Notes under the pieces: model-generated | What the model saw: the letters and a program-made list of their open reading frames with translations, nothing else | Databases searched by the model: none | Told to the model about the DNA's origin: nothing | NCBI GenBank assembly: GCA_963781585.1 | Contig: CAWAGQ010000004.1 | Coordinates: forward strand, 736,001-800,000 | Length of the DNA: 64,000 nucleotides | Source: an uncultured Gemmatimonadaceae bacterium | GTDB lineage: Bacteria > Gemmatimonadota > Gemmatimonadetes > Gemmatimonadales > Gemmatimonadaceae | Direction of reading: 5' to 3' | Translations under genes and position numbers: made by a program | Shown: positions 9,153 to 19,362 of the stretch, piece after piece | Layout of the letters: each line of letters starts with the position of its first letter | Position numbering within the stretch: position 1 is the stretch's first letter

Positions 9153-11792
9153 CTACCGCGCCATTCTGGTTTTCAGCTCCTCCACCCAGTTGAGGACCAC
9201 CACGATCGGGAGCGCGTCCGGGCGCTCTACCGGCTTCACCATGAGGAACCGATTGCCGTCCGGGGAAACATCATATCGATGCACGTCAATCGTGGTCGCG
9301 TGGTCGTACGGTCCGCGAAAGAGCACAACCGGCGCGGAGAAGCTCCCCGCCGCCGGATCTGCGGCCACGGACATCATGGCATCCCCGTGCCGGAACACGA
9401 TCTCCCGGCCCCCCCGCGAAAATCGTGGCTCGGTGCCGCCGGCGATGGATACCTGAATCCGGGCCCCTGATCCGTCGGTCGCACGAACGAAGACCTCCTC
9501 GCGGCCGCGGGCCTCCGCCGCAAACGCCACCCAGCGACCGTCGGGCGAGAGCGCCGGTTGGTTACCGCTTGCCGTGGAATCCAGCTGCCACGGTGGCCGG
9601 CGGCCATCGAGCGGCGCCAGCATGATCCGATTATCGCGGCGCACCGTTTCGACATACACCATGAGACCGGCGGCTGGCGAGATGCTCGTCGGGTTCTTGT
9701 CGTAGGGGCTCTCGACCACCGCGCGTGGAGGCACGCTGTTGTCGGCACGAACGGAGTAGATGTCGTAGGCGCGCGCCTCCCACGAACAGAGCACGCTCCG
9801 ACCGTCCGGCGCCCATACCGCGCTGAACACCGCGCCGGGGTGTCCTTCCACCGTGGTGAGGATCCCCCGTCCGACCTCGAAGAATCCCAGCGTCGGATAG
9901 GCCTCGCGAATCGTGACCGCGATCCACCTGCCGTCGGGCGACAGCCGCGGTTCCGAATACTTCCCTGGAGTTGGCAGAGCGTCCCGCTCCCGTCCATCGC
10001 GATCCACCCAGAGCACCCGCGCCTGAGTTGCCCAGGCCGTCGCGCTGACGTAGGCCAGCGTACCGTCAGGGGCGACGGCGTAGGCCGCCTGTCCCAGCGT
10101 CGGATTCCAGAACACGTCTTCCAGCACGGGCACCGCGTCACCGGAGGTGGTGAGTGTGCCGGGGTCGAATGCGATCGCGAACACGGTCCCGTCGCGAACG
10201 AAGAGCAGGTGGCCGCCCGGCGCGTACCGTCCGTTGACCGCATTCTCCTGCACGACCGTACGCGCGCCGGAGCGAAGGTCGATCGTCTCGATCCGCGAGC
10301 GTCCGATGGGAATCGCGTAGTTCGTGAACAGGGCGACCTGGCCCCCGGGCAGGGGCTGCGGCCGCCAGTGCGCCCACTCGCCGCGCGCGACGTCCAGCGA
10401 GGTCAGCGACCGCGACTGCCCGCCTGACGACGCAATGCTGGAGAGGCCGAAGTCACTCGCGCGCGTGTAGACAATGGACCCGTCGGGCATCCAGGCCCCG
10501 CCATCGAGGGCATCCTCGCTGAGGGTCACGCTCGGGCCGCCGCGCGACGGTACCTTGAGCAGCACGTGATCCCGGTTGAACGAGAGCCACTCGCCGTCGG
10601 TCGAGAAGGTCGCAAGCCGGCCCCCGTCGGTGCCGGCGATGCGGACCACGTCGCTCGACGCCAGATTCCGTACCAGCACGCCCTGCTGGTCGGGGCCGAT
10701 TTCGCCGCTGAGCGCGATGCGCCGACCGTCGGGAGACAGGTCGAGGTAGATCGAGCTGCCGCCCGGCTGCCCCATCGCGAGGGCGAAACGCGTCACGTCA
10801 CGGCGCGCGTTTCCGCCGGCGCGGCTCTTCAAGGTCCAACCGGCCACGAGACCAATCGCCAGCAGCACCAATCCGGCGACGGGCCACTGCCACGAGCGAA
10901 GCGCGCGCCGCCCGCCAAGCGGCGGACGCGACCGATCACGCGGGGCCGGAGTCGTGGTCGCTCCGGAAATGGCGCCCGCGAATTCCGCCGCGGAGTGGAA
11001 TCGGTCGGCGGGGAGCTTCTCGAGGGCGGTGAGCACGGCGTCCTCGACGTATGCCGGAATGCGCTCACGCCGCGCCGCCAGCGGCGCCGGCTTCTCCGTC
11101 ATCACCTTGGCCACGATGGCCTGCGCCGTGGGACCGGTGAACGGCGGCTCCCCGAGCAGCATCTCGTACAGCATCGCGCCGAGGGCGTACACGTCGGTGC
11201 GCGCGTCGAGGTCCCGCTCGCCCATGGCCTGCTCGGGGCTCATGTAGGTGGGCGTGCCCAGCGACAGCCCGGTCTCGGTCATCCGGCTGGCGCCATCGGA
11301 CCGGCTCACCGCCAGGGCGATACCGAAATCGGCGACCAGCGCCGCGCCGTCGTGCAGCAGGATGTTCTCGGGCTTGATGTCGCGATGAATCACGCCGTGC
11401 CGATGCGCGTAATCGAGCGCCGAGGCGATTTCGGTGGCGATACGCACGGCGTCGGATATAGGGAGCTGCTTCTCCCGTGTGAGTCGGTCGCGAAGCGATT
11501 CGCCTTCCACGTACGGCATCACGTAGTAGACGGTGCCGTTCACCTCGCCCGAGTCGTGAAGCGGGAGAATGTGCGGATGCTGGAGGTTCGCCGTCGTCTT
11601 GATCTCGGCGAGGAATCGCTCTGCCCCGATGACCGCGGCCAGCTCCGGGCGCAGCACCTTGATGGCGACCTGGCGGTCGTGCTTTAGGTCATGCGCGAGG
11701 TAGACCGTGGCCATGCCGCCCGCGCCGAGCTCGCGCTCGATCCGGTAGCTGTCCGAGAGGCTCCGGCGCAGCGCGTCGGCGGTGGTGGTCAC
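9153..11792 (-). CDS. Hanks-type Ser/Thr protein kinase with TM helix and C-terminal TolB/PD40-like beta-propeller
   Basis: LGAGGMATVY, VAIKVL, HRDIKPEN, DFGIA, GTPTYMSPE; TM segment; repeated LSPDGRW motifs. GTG start at 11792 chosen because a promoter lies just upstream. Confidence 0.92.
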   Translation of the reverse strand: MTTTADALRRSLSDSYRIERELGAGGMATVYLAHDLKHDRQVAIKVLRPELAAVIGAERFLAEIKTTANLQHPHILPLHDSGEVNGTVYYVMPYVEGESLRDRLTREKQLPISDAVRIATEIASALDYAHRHGVIHRDIKPENILLHDGAALVADFGIALAVSRSDGASRMTETGLSLGTPTYMSPEQAMGERDLDARTDVYALGAMLYEMLLGEPPFTGPTAQAIVAKVMTEKPAPLAARRERIPAYVEDAVLTALEKLPADRFHSAAEFAGAISGATTTPAPRDRSRPPLGGRRALRSWQWPVAGLVLLAIGLVAGWTLKSRAGGNARRDVTRFALAMGQPGGSSIYLDLSPDGRRIALSGEIGPDQQGVLVRNLASSDVVRIAGTDGGRLATFSTDGEWLSFNRDHVLLKVPSRGGPSVTLSEDALDGGAWMPDGSIVYTRASDFGLSSIASSGGQSRSLTSLDVARGEWAHWRPQPLPGGQVALFTNYAIPIGRSRIETIDLRSGARTVVQENAVNGRYAPGGHLLFVRDGTVFAIAFDPGTLTTSGDAVPVLEDVFWNPTLGQAAYAVAPDGTLAYVSATAWATQARVLWVDRDGRERDALPTPGKYSEPRLSPDGRWIAVTIREAYPTLGFFEVGRGILTTVEGHPGAVFSAVWAPDGRSVLCSWEARAYDIYSVRADNSVPPRAVVESPYDKNPTSISPAAGLMVYVETVRRDNRIMLAPLDGRRPPWQLDSTASGNQPALSPDGRWVAFAAEARGREEVFVRATDGSGARIQVSIAGGTEPRFSRGGREIVFRHGDAMMSVAADPAAGSFSAPVVLFRGPYDHATTIDVHRYDVSPDGNRFLMVKPVERPDALPIVVVLNWVEELKTRMAR

Positions 11793-11829
11793 GAGAGAGG
11801 GGCGATGCGAGGGACCATCAGGAGAGGCA

Positions 11830-11858
11830 AACGTACGCGCGAGCCCCACCGCCTTCAA
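11830..11858 (-). promoter_or_regulatory. Sigma70-like promoter for the Ser/Thr kinase
   Basis: TTGAAG-N17-TACGTT on the minus strand, about 38 nt upstream of the GTG. Confidence 0.5.
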
Positions 11859-11970
11859 CGCCCGAGAGGCCGGAGGAGAGCCGCCTTCCCATGATGCGCG
11901 ACGTCGGTACGTTATGGAGTGCATCCCCTTCCCGTTCGTGATACACCTCCGGTCCCGCCTCCAGGCCGCC

Positions 11971-13971
11971 ATGCGCACTGTCTCGTTAGGCGCGTTCATG
12001 ACCCTCATCGCCGCGACGGCGGGCCGGTCGCAATCGGTGCGTCTCCACGTTGACCGGCGCGAGCCCGTGCTCGGCAGCCGCGCGTTCGGCGCCGCGGGAG
12101 CCTACGAGAAGCTGATCGGGACGGTGGAGTTCCAGTTCGACCCGGGACTTCCCGCCAATGCGATGATCGTCGATCTGCCGCTGGCCCCGCGCAACGCGGA
12201 TGGCCGGGTGGTGGTTACCGCCGACTTCTATCTCCTCAAGCCCGTCGATCCGGAGAACGGCAACGGACGGCTCTTCTACGAGGTCGGGAATCGTGGCGGC
12301 AAGGGCATGCTGGTCACGTTTCAGAAAGCGACGGGCTCGACCGATCCGTCCACCGAGGCGCAGTTCGGGGACGCGTGGCTCATGGAGCGGGGGTTCTCGC
12401 TGCTCTGGATGGGGTGGCAGTGGGACGTGCCTGACGGGCGCATGCGGATGGAGATGCCGATCGCGACCGAGGATGGCCGCCAGATCACCGGACTGGTACG
12501 CGGGAACTTCATTCCCGATATCCGTGCGGACACCGAGTCGCTGGCCGATCGCGGGCACAAGGGATATCCGGTGCTCGATCCGCGGAGCCCCGATAACGTG
12601 ATGACCGTGCGTGCGAACCGGACGGATTCGCCGCAGGTGGTGCCACATGAGAAGTGGCGATTCGTCGGCGATTGGAGCGTGAGCCTCGACGGCGGATTCG
12701 AGCCGGGGATGATCTACGATGTCGTCTACCGGGCCCGAGATCCGCGTGTTGTGGGCGTTGGACTTGCCGGCACGCGAGACATCATCAGCTTCTTCAAGTA
12801 CGAGAAGGGGCCTGCGAATCCGTTGCCCACGATTCGCTACGCGCTCGCCTGGGGAGGATCGCAGAGCGGTCGATTCCTCCGCCACTTTCTCTACCAGGGT
12901 TTCAACGCCGACGCGCAGGGGCGGCGGGTCTTCGACGGCGTGATCGACGAGCGCGGCGGTGCCGGCCGCGGGTCGTTCAATCATCGCTTCGCGCAGGCGT
13001 CGCGCGACGCGCTGGAGCATTACAACATTCTTTTCCCCGTGGACATGTTCCCGTTCACGGATGGCCTCGAGACCGACCCGCTCACCGGCGAGACCGACGG
13101 CTTGCTGGCGCGAGCCGACCGGAGCGGCACAGCGCCCAAGGTCTTCCACATCCTCTCGGGCTCGGAGTACTGGAATCGCGCCGGGTCCCTGCTGCACACG
13201 GACGTGACGGGCGCGCGGGACGTCGCTGTACCGGCGAATGTCCGTCTGTACTTCATCTCGTCGGCGCCGCACATCATCGGTCCCCGTCCGCCCACCTCGC
13301 ACCGGTCCGGCACACTGGTCGGGCAGGCCGCGCTCAATCCGCTCGATCCCCGTCCGGTGGTGCGCAGCCTGTTCGACGCCATGGACCGCTGGGTCACCGA
13401 CGACATCGACCCGCCGGCGAGCCGCTATCCGCAGATTGCCGATGGCACGCTGGTGCCTCGCCAACGCGGTGGATGGCCCGCGATACCCGGATATCGCTTT
13501 CCGCCACCGCAACTCATCACGTATCGGCTCGACTTCGGCCCCAACTGGTCGCGCGGCATCGTCGACAACGAGCCACCGAAGATCGGCGCCCCATTCGCGG
13601 TCCTCGTGCCGGCCGTAGATGCCGACGGCAACGACCGCGCAGGCGTTCGTATTCCGGAACTCGCCGTCCCGCTCGGCACGTTCTTCGGCTGGAACTACCG
13701 GGACGCCAGTATCGGGGCTCCGGAACACCTGGCGGGTGAGATCGGCTCGTACATCCCGTTCGCCCGCACACGCGTCGAGCGCCACCGCAATGGCGATCCG
13801 CGTCTCTCGATCGAGGAGCGCTACCCGAACAAGGACGACTACATGGCGAGGATCGAGAAGGCGGCGAGGGACCTTGTGACCCACGGCTATCTGTTGGCGC
13901 GAGACGTGCCCGATGTGGTGGCGCGGGCCGCGGTGCTCTGGGACTGGGCGATCAGCCCGTCGCCTCGATGA
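11971..13971 (+). CDS. Secreted alpha/beta hydrolase domain-containing protein
   Basis: Signal-peptide-like N-terminus (MRTVSLGAFMTLIAATAGRSQ); YEVGNRGGK, GWQWD, nucleophile-elbow-like WGGSQSGRFLR, C-terminal DPRLSIEERY. Confidence 0.8.
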   Translation: MRTVSLGAFMTLIAATAGRSQSVRLHVDRREPVLGSRAFGAAGAYEKLIGTVEFQFDPGLPANAMIVDLPLAPRNADGRVVVTADFYLLKPVDPENGNGRLFYEVGNRGGKGMLVTFQKATGSTDPSTEAQFGDAWLMERGFSLLWMGWQWDVPDGRMRMEMPIATEDGRQITGLVRGNFIPDIRADTESLADRGHKGYPVLDPRSPDNVMTVRANRTDSPQVVPHEKWRFVGDWSVSLDGGFEPGMIYDVVYRARDPRVVGVGLAGTRDIISFFKYEKGPANPLPTIRYALAWGGSQSGRFLRHFLYQGFNADAQGRRVFDGVIDERGGAGRGSFNHRFAQASRDALEHYNILFPVDMFPFTDGLETDPLTGETDGLLARADRSGTAPKVFHILSGSEYWNRAGSLLHTDVTGARDVAVPANVRLYFISSAPHIIGPRPPTSHRSGTLVGQAALNPLDPRPVVRSLFDAMDRWVTDDIDPPASRYPQIADGTLVPRQRGGWPAIPGYRFPPPQLITYRLDFGPNWSRGIVDNEPPKIGAPFAVLVPAVDADGNDRAGVRIPELAVPLGTFFGWNYRDASIGAPEHLAGEIGSYIPFARTRVERHRNGDPRLSIEERYPNKDDYMARIEKAARDLVTHGYLLARDVPDVVARAAVLWDWAISPSPR

Positions 13972-14072
13972 TCAGGGCGCGCGCCGTGACTCGCGCGCAG
14001 CAAAGTCCACATCGACCGGGCCGATCTGGTCTGGCTGATCGGCAGGGCTTCACCACTCTCCCCAAACGGCCA

Positions 14073-14095
14073 ACGGCGCCCGATCTGGGCGCCGT
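14073..14095. terminator. GC-rich hairpin between the hydrolase gene and the convergent tmRNA 3' end
   Basis: ACGGCGCCC-gatct-GGGCGCCGT perfect 9-bp stem; U-tract is weak. Confidence 0.5.
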
Positions 14096-14117
14096 CGGCG
14101 CGTGCAATTCCTGCGAG

Positions 14118-14474
14118 TGGAGGCGCGGGGAGTTGAACCCCGGTCCGAGACTGGATCTACCACAGCGTCTACGTGCGTAGCTCTCCATTCATTGTCTTCA
14201 GGAACTGGCCGGTGAGCCGCCGATTCCCGAACGAGCCCTCTTGATTTTCGCGAGACGCCGGAAGGCGCGACGCCCCGCTATCCCGATATTGCGATACCCG
14301 CGAAGCCGCCTCGGGCGGGCTTCCTCGAGGGCAGGTGCGTGAACGCGTTAAGCGTTACGCAGCCAGGGCCAAGTTGTTGTTGGCAGTTGTGATTTTCCCG
14401 AGAGTTTTACCAGGGCTCAGGACCTGGGCACGCAGCCACGGCTTCACCGACCCCGTCGAAGCCAGGTCGCCCCC
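14118..14474 (-). ncRNA. ssrA: tmRNA; tag peptide (A)ANNNLALAA*
   Basis: 5' GGGGGCGACCTGGCTTCGAC; 3' T-arm CGGGGTTCAACTCCCCG followed by CGCCTCCA (Ala acceptor stem with G:U); tag ORF GCC AAC AAC AAC TTG GCC CTG GCT GCG TAA at 14384-14355; terminal CCA not encoded. Confidence 0.97.
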
Positions 14475-14490
14475 GTAATGCTGTTCCAGC

Positions 14491-14519
14491 AACCTAGCGA
14501 GGCTGGGCACCACGGTCAA
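14491..14519 (-). promoter_or_regulatory. Sigma70-like promoter of ssrA
   Basis: TTGACC-N17-TAGGTT, 16 nt upstream of the mature tmRNA 5' end. Confidence 0.7.
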
Positions 14520-14761
14520 CGAGCACGAAGCTCGAAGTCACTTGAGGTGCGTCAGTCAAATCGTCCCGCCGCAATGTGTTCTATCCCAGCCCCTTGCTGC
14601 GCCCATCGCTTCACACGCAGGTCGGTTTGCACCGGCTCCGACCCCCGGTCGCCGCCTTCTGGTCTCTCAGCGCCGAGCTCCGGCCGCTGATCGTCTCCCG
14701 AATCACTGTACGGCGCTTCAGAAGTCTCCCGACCGCCCAATCGTCCCCACAGCTGACAATC

Positions 14762-15523
14762 TCAGCGCTTCACCGTGCCGCGCGTGATGCGCGCTGCCGC
14801 CATCGCCGCGCCGAATCCGTTGTCAATGTTCACCACTGTCACCCCCGACGCGCACGACGTGAGCATGGTGAAGAGCGCACTGAGTCCGCCCAGCGAGGCG
14901 CCGTAGCCAACGCTCGTCGGGACCGCGATCACCGGACAGCCGACGAGCCCTCCCACCACGGAAGGCAGCGCGCCATCCATGCCGGCCACCACGATGATGA
15001 CGGCGGCAGACGAGAGCTCTTCGCCATGGGCGAGAAGGCGATGCAGGCCGGCGACCCCCACGTCCTTGAGACGCTGCACCTGGTCGCCCATCGCGAATGC
15101 GGTCTCGGCGGCCTCCTCCGCCACGGGCTCGTCGCTCGTGCCGGCAGTGACGATCAGGATTCTCCCTTCGCCAGGCGGCGGACTCGCTTCGCCGGGAAGA
15201 GAAACGATGCGTCCCACGACGTTCACTCGTGCATCGGGGAAGCGGGCCACGAGCGCGTCGCGCGTTTCCGCGCCCGCCCGCGTGACGAGGAAGCCTCCGC
15301 CGCGCGCCGCGGTCCGCTCGGCGATCGCCACGGTCTGGTGCGGCGTCTTGCCTTCTCCAAAGACCACCTCCGGATATCCGTGCCGGAGCGCGCGATGGTG
15401 GTCAATCGTGGCGAAGTCGATCGACTCGAACGGCTCGAACGATAGCTGCCGCAGGGCCTCTTCGGCCGGCATGGTCCCCTCAGCGACCTGGCGCAACAGC
15501 GTCAGGACGCGATCCCGCCTCAC
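14762..15523 (-). CDS. larB: Nickel-pincer cofactor biosynthesis protein LarB (AIR-carboxylase-like)
   Basis: [77 protein letters not shown]. Confidence 0.92.
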   Translation of the reverse strand: MRRDRVLTLLRQVAEGTMPAEEALRQLSFEPFESIDFATIDHHRALRHGYPEVVFGEGKTPHQTVAIAERTAARGGGFLVTRAGAETRDALVARFPDARVNVVGRIVSLPGEASPPPGEGRILIVTAGTSDEPVAEEAAETAFAMGDQVQRLKDVGVAGLHRLLAHGEELSSAAVIIVVAGMDGALPSVVGGLVGCPVIAVPTSVGYGASLGGLSALFTMLTSCASGVTVVNIDNGFGAAMAAARITRGTVKR

Positions 15524-16554
15524 GCGACGGCCGCCCCGGCCTCGGCTTCGGGACGCTGGCCGGGCTCGGCGTCGTTGAACGTGTCCCGGATGGCGAGATA
15601 GTCCTCGAAGATCCCCTCGATCTCGCCCAGCGACTCGATCGCGTGAAGGCGCCGGCGCAGGTCGGCGGACCCCGGGAGCCCCTTCACGTACCAGCCGAGG
15701 TGCTTGCGGAACTCGATGGCCGCGCCGCGACGGTCCGGTTCATAGGCGTCCGCCATGCGGGCGTGCCGGAGCGCAATGGCGAAGCGATCTTCGACCGGCG
15801 GCGCGGCGGGTGCCGGCCGGCCCGCCAGCAGTGCCCGCGTCTGATCGAAGATCCACGGTTGACCGAACGATCCGCGCGCCACCATGATGCCGTCGCACCG
15901 CGTCAGGCGCTGGAGGCGTACGGCGTCCTCGGCGGTCCTGATGTCGCCATTGCCGATGACCGGAATCGACAGCGTGTTCTTTACCGCCGCGATCTCCTCC
16001 CAGGCCGCCGCGCCGGTGTACATCTGCGTGCGGGTGCGCGGGTGCAGCGCGAGCGCGCGCGCGCCGGCGTCCTGACAGCGAAGCCCGATCGCGACCGGGT
16101 CGCGCTGCTCCTCGTTCCAGCCGCTGCGGATCTTGACTGTGACGGGGAGATGCGTTCCCGCGATAACCGCCCGGATCACCCGTTCGACAAGATCGAGATC
16201 CTTCAGGCACCCGGAGCCGCCATTGCGCCGCACCACTTTCTTCACCGGACACCCGAAGTTGATGTCGATGAACTCCGGCTCAAACACGTCGGTGACCAGT
16301 TCCGCGGCCTCACGCATCGCATCCGGCTCGGACCCGAAGATCTGGACGCCGATGGGTCGTTCGTCGGCGCCGAATCGCAGCTTCTCGATGGTGGCCGGAT
16401 TCTCGCGCCGGATTCCCTCGGCGGACAGGAATTCCGTAACGACAACGTCTGCGCCGAATGCGCGACAGAGGCGCCGGAAGGGGGATTCCGAGACTCCAGC
16501 CATCGGAGCGAGATAGAGCGGCACGTCGTGCGCGACGGCAAACGGCCAAGGCAT
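15520..16554 (-). CDS. dusB: tRNA dihydrouridine synthase DusB
   Basis: LAPMAGVS, QIFGS, DINFGCPVKKV, VTVKIRSGW, HPRT, GNGDI, FRKHLGWY. Confidence 0.95.
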   Translation of the reverse strand: MPWPFAVAHDVPLYLAPMAGVSESPFRRLCRAFGADVVVTEFLSAEGIRRENPATIEKLRFGADERPIGVQIFGSEPDAMREAAELVTDVFEPEFIDINFGCPVKKVVRRNGGSGCLKDLDLVERVIRAVIAGTHLPVTVKIRSGWNEEQRDPVAIGLRCQDAGARALALHPRTRTQMYTGAAAWEEIAAVKNTLSIPVIGNGDIRTAEDAVRLQRLTRCDGIMVARGSFGQPWIFDQTRALLAGRPAPAAPPVEDRFAIALRHARMADAYEPDRRGAAIEFRKHLGWYVKGLPGSADLRRRLHAIESLGEIEGIFEDYLAIRDTFNDAEPGQRPEAEAGAAVA

Positions 16555-16561
16555 GGTCGGG

Positions 16562-16590
16562 AAGCTAACGGAGCGCGGAAAACGCTGCAA
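16562..16590 (-). promoter_or_regulatory. Promoter of dusB (probably leaderless transcript)
   Basis: TTGCAG-N17-TAGCTT followed by only 7 nt before the ATG at 16554. Confidence 0.6.
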
Positions 16591-16599
16591 CGCGAAGGT

Positions 16600-16629
16600 T
16601 TGACACGACTTGGGGCGATGCGGTATGTT
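16600..16629 (+). promoter_or_regulatory. Sigma70-like promoter of the PTS IIA gene
   Basis: TTGACA-N18-TATGTT, divergent from the dusB promoter. Confidence 0.6.
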
Positions 16630-16692
16630 GCGCCGCCGAGTGGCGAGAGACCGCCGCGGCCGTTCTGTTCGCCATCGATTCGCTCCCCCGAC

Positions 16693-16720
16693 CTCTGGAC
16701 TCCGGGCTCCGGACTCCCGA
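16693..16720 (+). repeat. Four degenerate tandem heptamers in the PTS IIA leader
   Basis: CTCTGGA CTCCGGG CTCCGGA CTCCCGA. Confidence 0.55.
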
Positions 16721-16731
16721 CGCCCCTCCCC

Positions 16732-17184
16732 ATGGAACTTCGCGAGTTCTTCACGGAAGACGCCATCAAGCTCGAGCTCGAGGGGACGTCGAAGGACGAT
16801 GTCCTCCGGGAGCTGATCGGCCTGCTCAAGCTTGACGAGAAGAACGAAGCGACGCTCTTCAAGATGCTGAAACGGCGGGAGAACCTCGGCTCGACGGGCA
16901 TCGGGCGTAGCATTGCCATCCCGCACTGTCGATCGTTGGTGGTGACCCGGCTACGCGTTGCGTTCGGCAGAAAACCGAACGGCGTGGACTTCAAGGCGAT
17001 CGACGAGAAGCCGGTGAAGTTCTTTTTCCTGATCGTCGCCCCGCCGCTCGAGGTCTCGAACCAGTATCTCCCCGTGCTGGGGAAAATCGCCCAGTTCAGC
17101 AAGGAGCCCGACGTTCCCGAGCGCCTGCTTCAGCTCAGCGAGCCGGGGCAGTTTCTGAAGCTGCTGGAAGAAAAGGGCGTGTAA
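16732..17184 (+). CDS. Stand-alone PTS EIIA (PtsN/Fru-Ntr type)
   Basis: RENLGSTGIGRSIAIPHCR phospho-His motif, GVDFKAIDEKPVKFFFLIVAP. Confidence 0.9.
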   Translation: MELREFFTEDAIKLELEGTSKDDVLRELIGLLKLDEKNEATLFKMLKRRENLGSTGIGRSIAIPHCRSLVVTRLRVAFGRKPNGVDFKAIDEKPVKFFFLIVAPPLEVSNQYLPVLGKIAQFSKEPDVPERLLQLSEPGQFLKLLEEKGV

Positions 17185-17299
17185 CGGCGTACGCGCCGGG
17201 CAGGTGCGCGAAGACCTGCGTTGGAGAGTCGCGTCTGTCGCGACCGGGCGACGCGATATCCTTCGATGAGTCGAGCGTCTTGCGACTGGGCCGCGACCC

Positions 17300-18859
17300 C
17301 TACTCCCACTCGATCGTGGCCGGCGGCTTCGAGCTCACGTCGTAGACTACGCGGTTCACCCCCTTCACCTCGTTGATGATGCGGCTCGAGATGCGCGCCA
17401 GCACCTCGTGCGGAAAGGGGAACCAGTCGGCCGTCATGCCGTCGGTGCTGGTGACCGCGCGCAACGCCACCACGTTGTCATAGGTGCGGTAATCTCCCAT
17501 CACGCCCACCGAGCGCACCGGCAGCAGAACCGCGAACGCCTGCCAGATCTCGTCGTACAGCGAGACGCCCCGGATCTCCTCGAGGTAGATCGCGTCCGCC
17601 TGGCGCAGCACGTCCAGCTTCTCGCGCGTCACGTCGCCAAGGATGCGGATGCCGAGGCCGGGCCCGGGGAATGGATGCCGACCTACCATCTCGTCCGGCA
17701 GGCCGAGCTCACGCCCCACGTTGCGCACTTCGTCCTTGAAGAGCTCGCGCAACGGTTCGATCAGCGTGAATTTCATTCCTGGCTTGAGGCCGCCCACGTT
17801 GTGATGCGTCTTGATCGTCACCGATGGCCCGCCGCGCGGCGAGAAGCTTTCGATCACGTCCGGATACAGCGTGCCCTGCACGAGGAAATCCACGTCGTCG
17901 CCCACGTCCCGGGACGCCTCCTCGAAGACGTCGATGAACGTGTGGCCGATGATGGTCCGCTTGCGCTCCGGCTCCTCGACGCCGGCGAGCGCTGACAGAA
18001 AACGCTCCTCGGCATCGATGGTGCGCAGATCGATGCCGAGGTTGGCGCGAAACGTCCGCTCCACCTGCTCGCGTTCGTGGAGCCGGAGGAGGCCGGTGTC
18101 GACGAAGATGCAGGTGAGCCGGTCGCCCACGGCGCGGTGCACGAGCGCGGCGGCCACCGACGAATCGACCCCGCCGGACAGGCCACATATGACGCGACGG
18201 TCGCCTACCCTGGTCCCGACCTTCTCGCACTCCTCCGCAATGAACGCCCCCGGCGTCCACGTGGGGCGCGCGCGGCAGACGGCGAACAGAAAATTGGAAA
18301 TGACGTCCTTCCCCCGCAGTGAATGGGCGACCTCGGGATGGAACTGCACGCCGAAGATCGGCCGCGTCTCGTGGCGATAGGCCGCGAAGTGACTGTTGTC
18401 GCTTCGGGCGCTTGCGAGGTAGCCGTCGGGCAGCCGGTCCACGAGGTCGCCGTGGCTCATCCAGACCTGGGTCAGCTCGTGGGGTGCAAATCCGGCGAAA
18501 AGCCCATCCGGACGCGTGATCTCGAGTTGCGCACGCCCATACTCGCGTTGATGTGCCGGCGCGATGTGCCCGCCCTCGAGCTGCGCGATCAGGTTCATGC
18601 CGTAACAGATGCCCAGCACCGGGGCCACGTCGAGAATCCCGCGGTCGGCGCCGGGCGCGCCTTCGTCGTATACCGAGTTCGGGCCCCCGCTCAGTATGAT
18701 GCCGGTTGGATGCCACGACCTGATCCAGTCGAGCGTGACCGAGGGCGGATGGATTTCCGAGTACACGCGGGCCTCGCGCACGCGCCGCGCAATGAGCTGG
18801 GTGTACTGGGAACCGTAGTCGATGATCAGGATCCGGCTTGCGTCGGTCGGATCGATCAC
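17300..18859 (-). CDS. guaA: GMP synthase (glutamine-hydrolysing)
   Basis: [53 protein letters not shown]-terminus. Confidence 0.98.
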   Translation of the reverse strand: MIDPTDASRILIIDYGSQYTQLIARRVREARVYSEIHPPSVTLDWIRSWHPTGIILSGGPNSVYDEGAPGADRGILDVAPVLGICYGMNLIAQLEGGHIAPAHQREYGRAQLEITRPDGLFAGFAPHELTQVWMSHGDLVDRLPDGYLASARSDNSHFAAYRHETRPIFGVQFHPEVAHSLRGKDVISNFLFAVCRARPTWTPGAFIAEECEKVGTRVGDRRVICGLSGGVDSSVAAALVHRAVGDRLTCIFVDTGLLRLHEREQVERTFRANLGIDLRTIDAEERFLSALAGVEEPERKRTIIGHTFIDVFEEASRDVGDDVDFLVQGTLYPDVIESFSPRGGPSVTIKTHHNVGGLKPGMKFTLIEPLRELFKDEVRNVGRELGLPDEMVGRHPFPGPGLGIRILGDVTREKLDVLRQADAIYLEEIRGVSLYDEIWQAFAVLLPVRSVGVMGDYRTYDNVVALRAVTSTDGMTADWFPFPHEVLARISSRIINEVKGVNRVVYDVSSKPPATIEWE

Positions 18860-19362
18860 GGATTCCCTCCCCCGGGGAGCGTGAAGAACTCCACGCGCTT
18901 GCTGTCCAGGTCGAGTACCGCGGCCGATGGGGCGCCGTGCAACCAGCCGCACGCTTCACCCGGGTTCACCACCAGGGTATCGCCCCGCGTCTTCATCTCG
19001 GTGCGATGCGTGGAGCCGTGCACCACGATGGCGTGATTGCCGATCGACGCCTCGCGCACGTCGCCCAGATCGTGCACCAGCAGAATGTGCTCGCCGCCGA
19101 CCTCGATGCTGTGGGGCGATTCGAAGAGCTCGATGCCGAAGCCCGACGCGGCCGTCGAGATCAGCCCCTCGTGGTCGCCGTCGTTGCGTCCGAAGACGCC
19201 GGCCATTGCGACGTTATGCTCCAGAAACGGACGGAGCGCGAACGGCGCGCAATAATCTCCGGCGTGCAGAACGAAGCTGGCGCCCCGCGCGATCATCTCG
19301 CGCAGCAGCGAGTCGATGGCGGGAAGCCGGTCGTGCGAATCGGCCATCAGCCCTACGATCAT
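18856..19362 (-). CDS. YfcE/MJ0936-family metallophosphoesterase
   Basis: ADSHD, HAGD, GRNDG, VHD, HGSTH, NPGE motifs; overlaps both neighbours by 4 nt. Confidence 0.88.
   Translation of the reverse strand: MIVGLMADSHDRLPAIDSLLREMIARGASFVLHAGDYCAPFALRPFLEHNVAMAGVFGRNDGDHEGLISTAASGFGIELFESPHSIEVGGEHILLVHDLGDVREASIGNHAIVVHGSTHRTEMKTRGDTLVVNPGEACGWLHGAPSAAVLDLDSKRVEFFTLPGGGNP

Noticed and set aside
1..14117. Genomic island integrated at the tmRNA 3' end
   Set aside because: No integrase, no duplicated tmRNA 3' fragment seen, and no obvious composition shift. The host octamer also occurs here (2652, 11984).
14552..14740. 62-aa ORF between larB and ssrA
   Set aside because: TTG start with no RBS and no recognisable motif. 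Cannot be supported.
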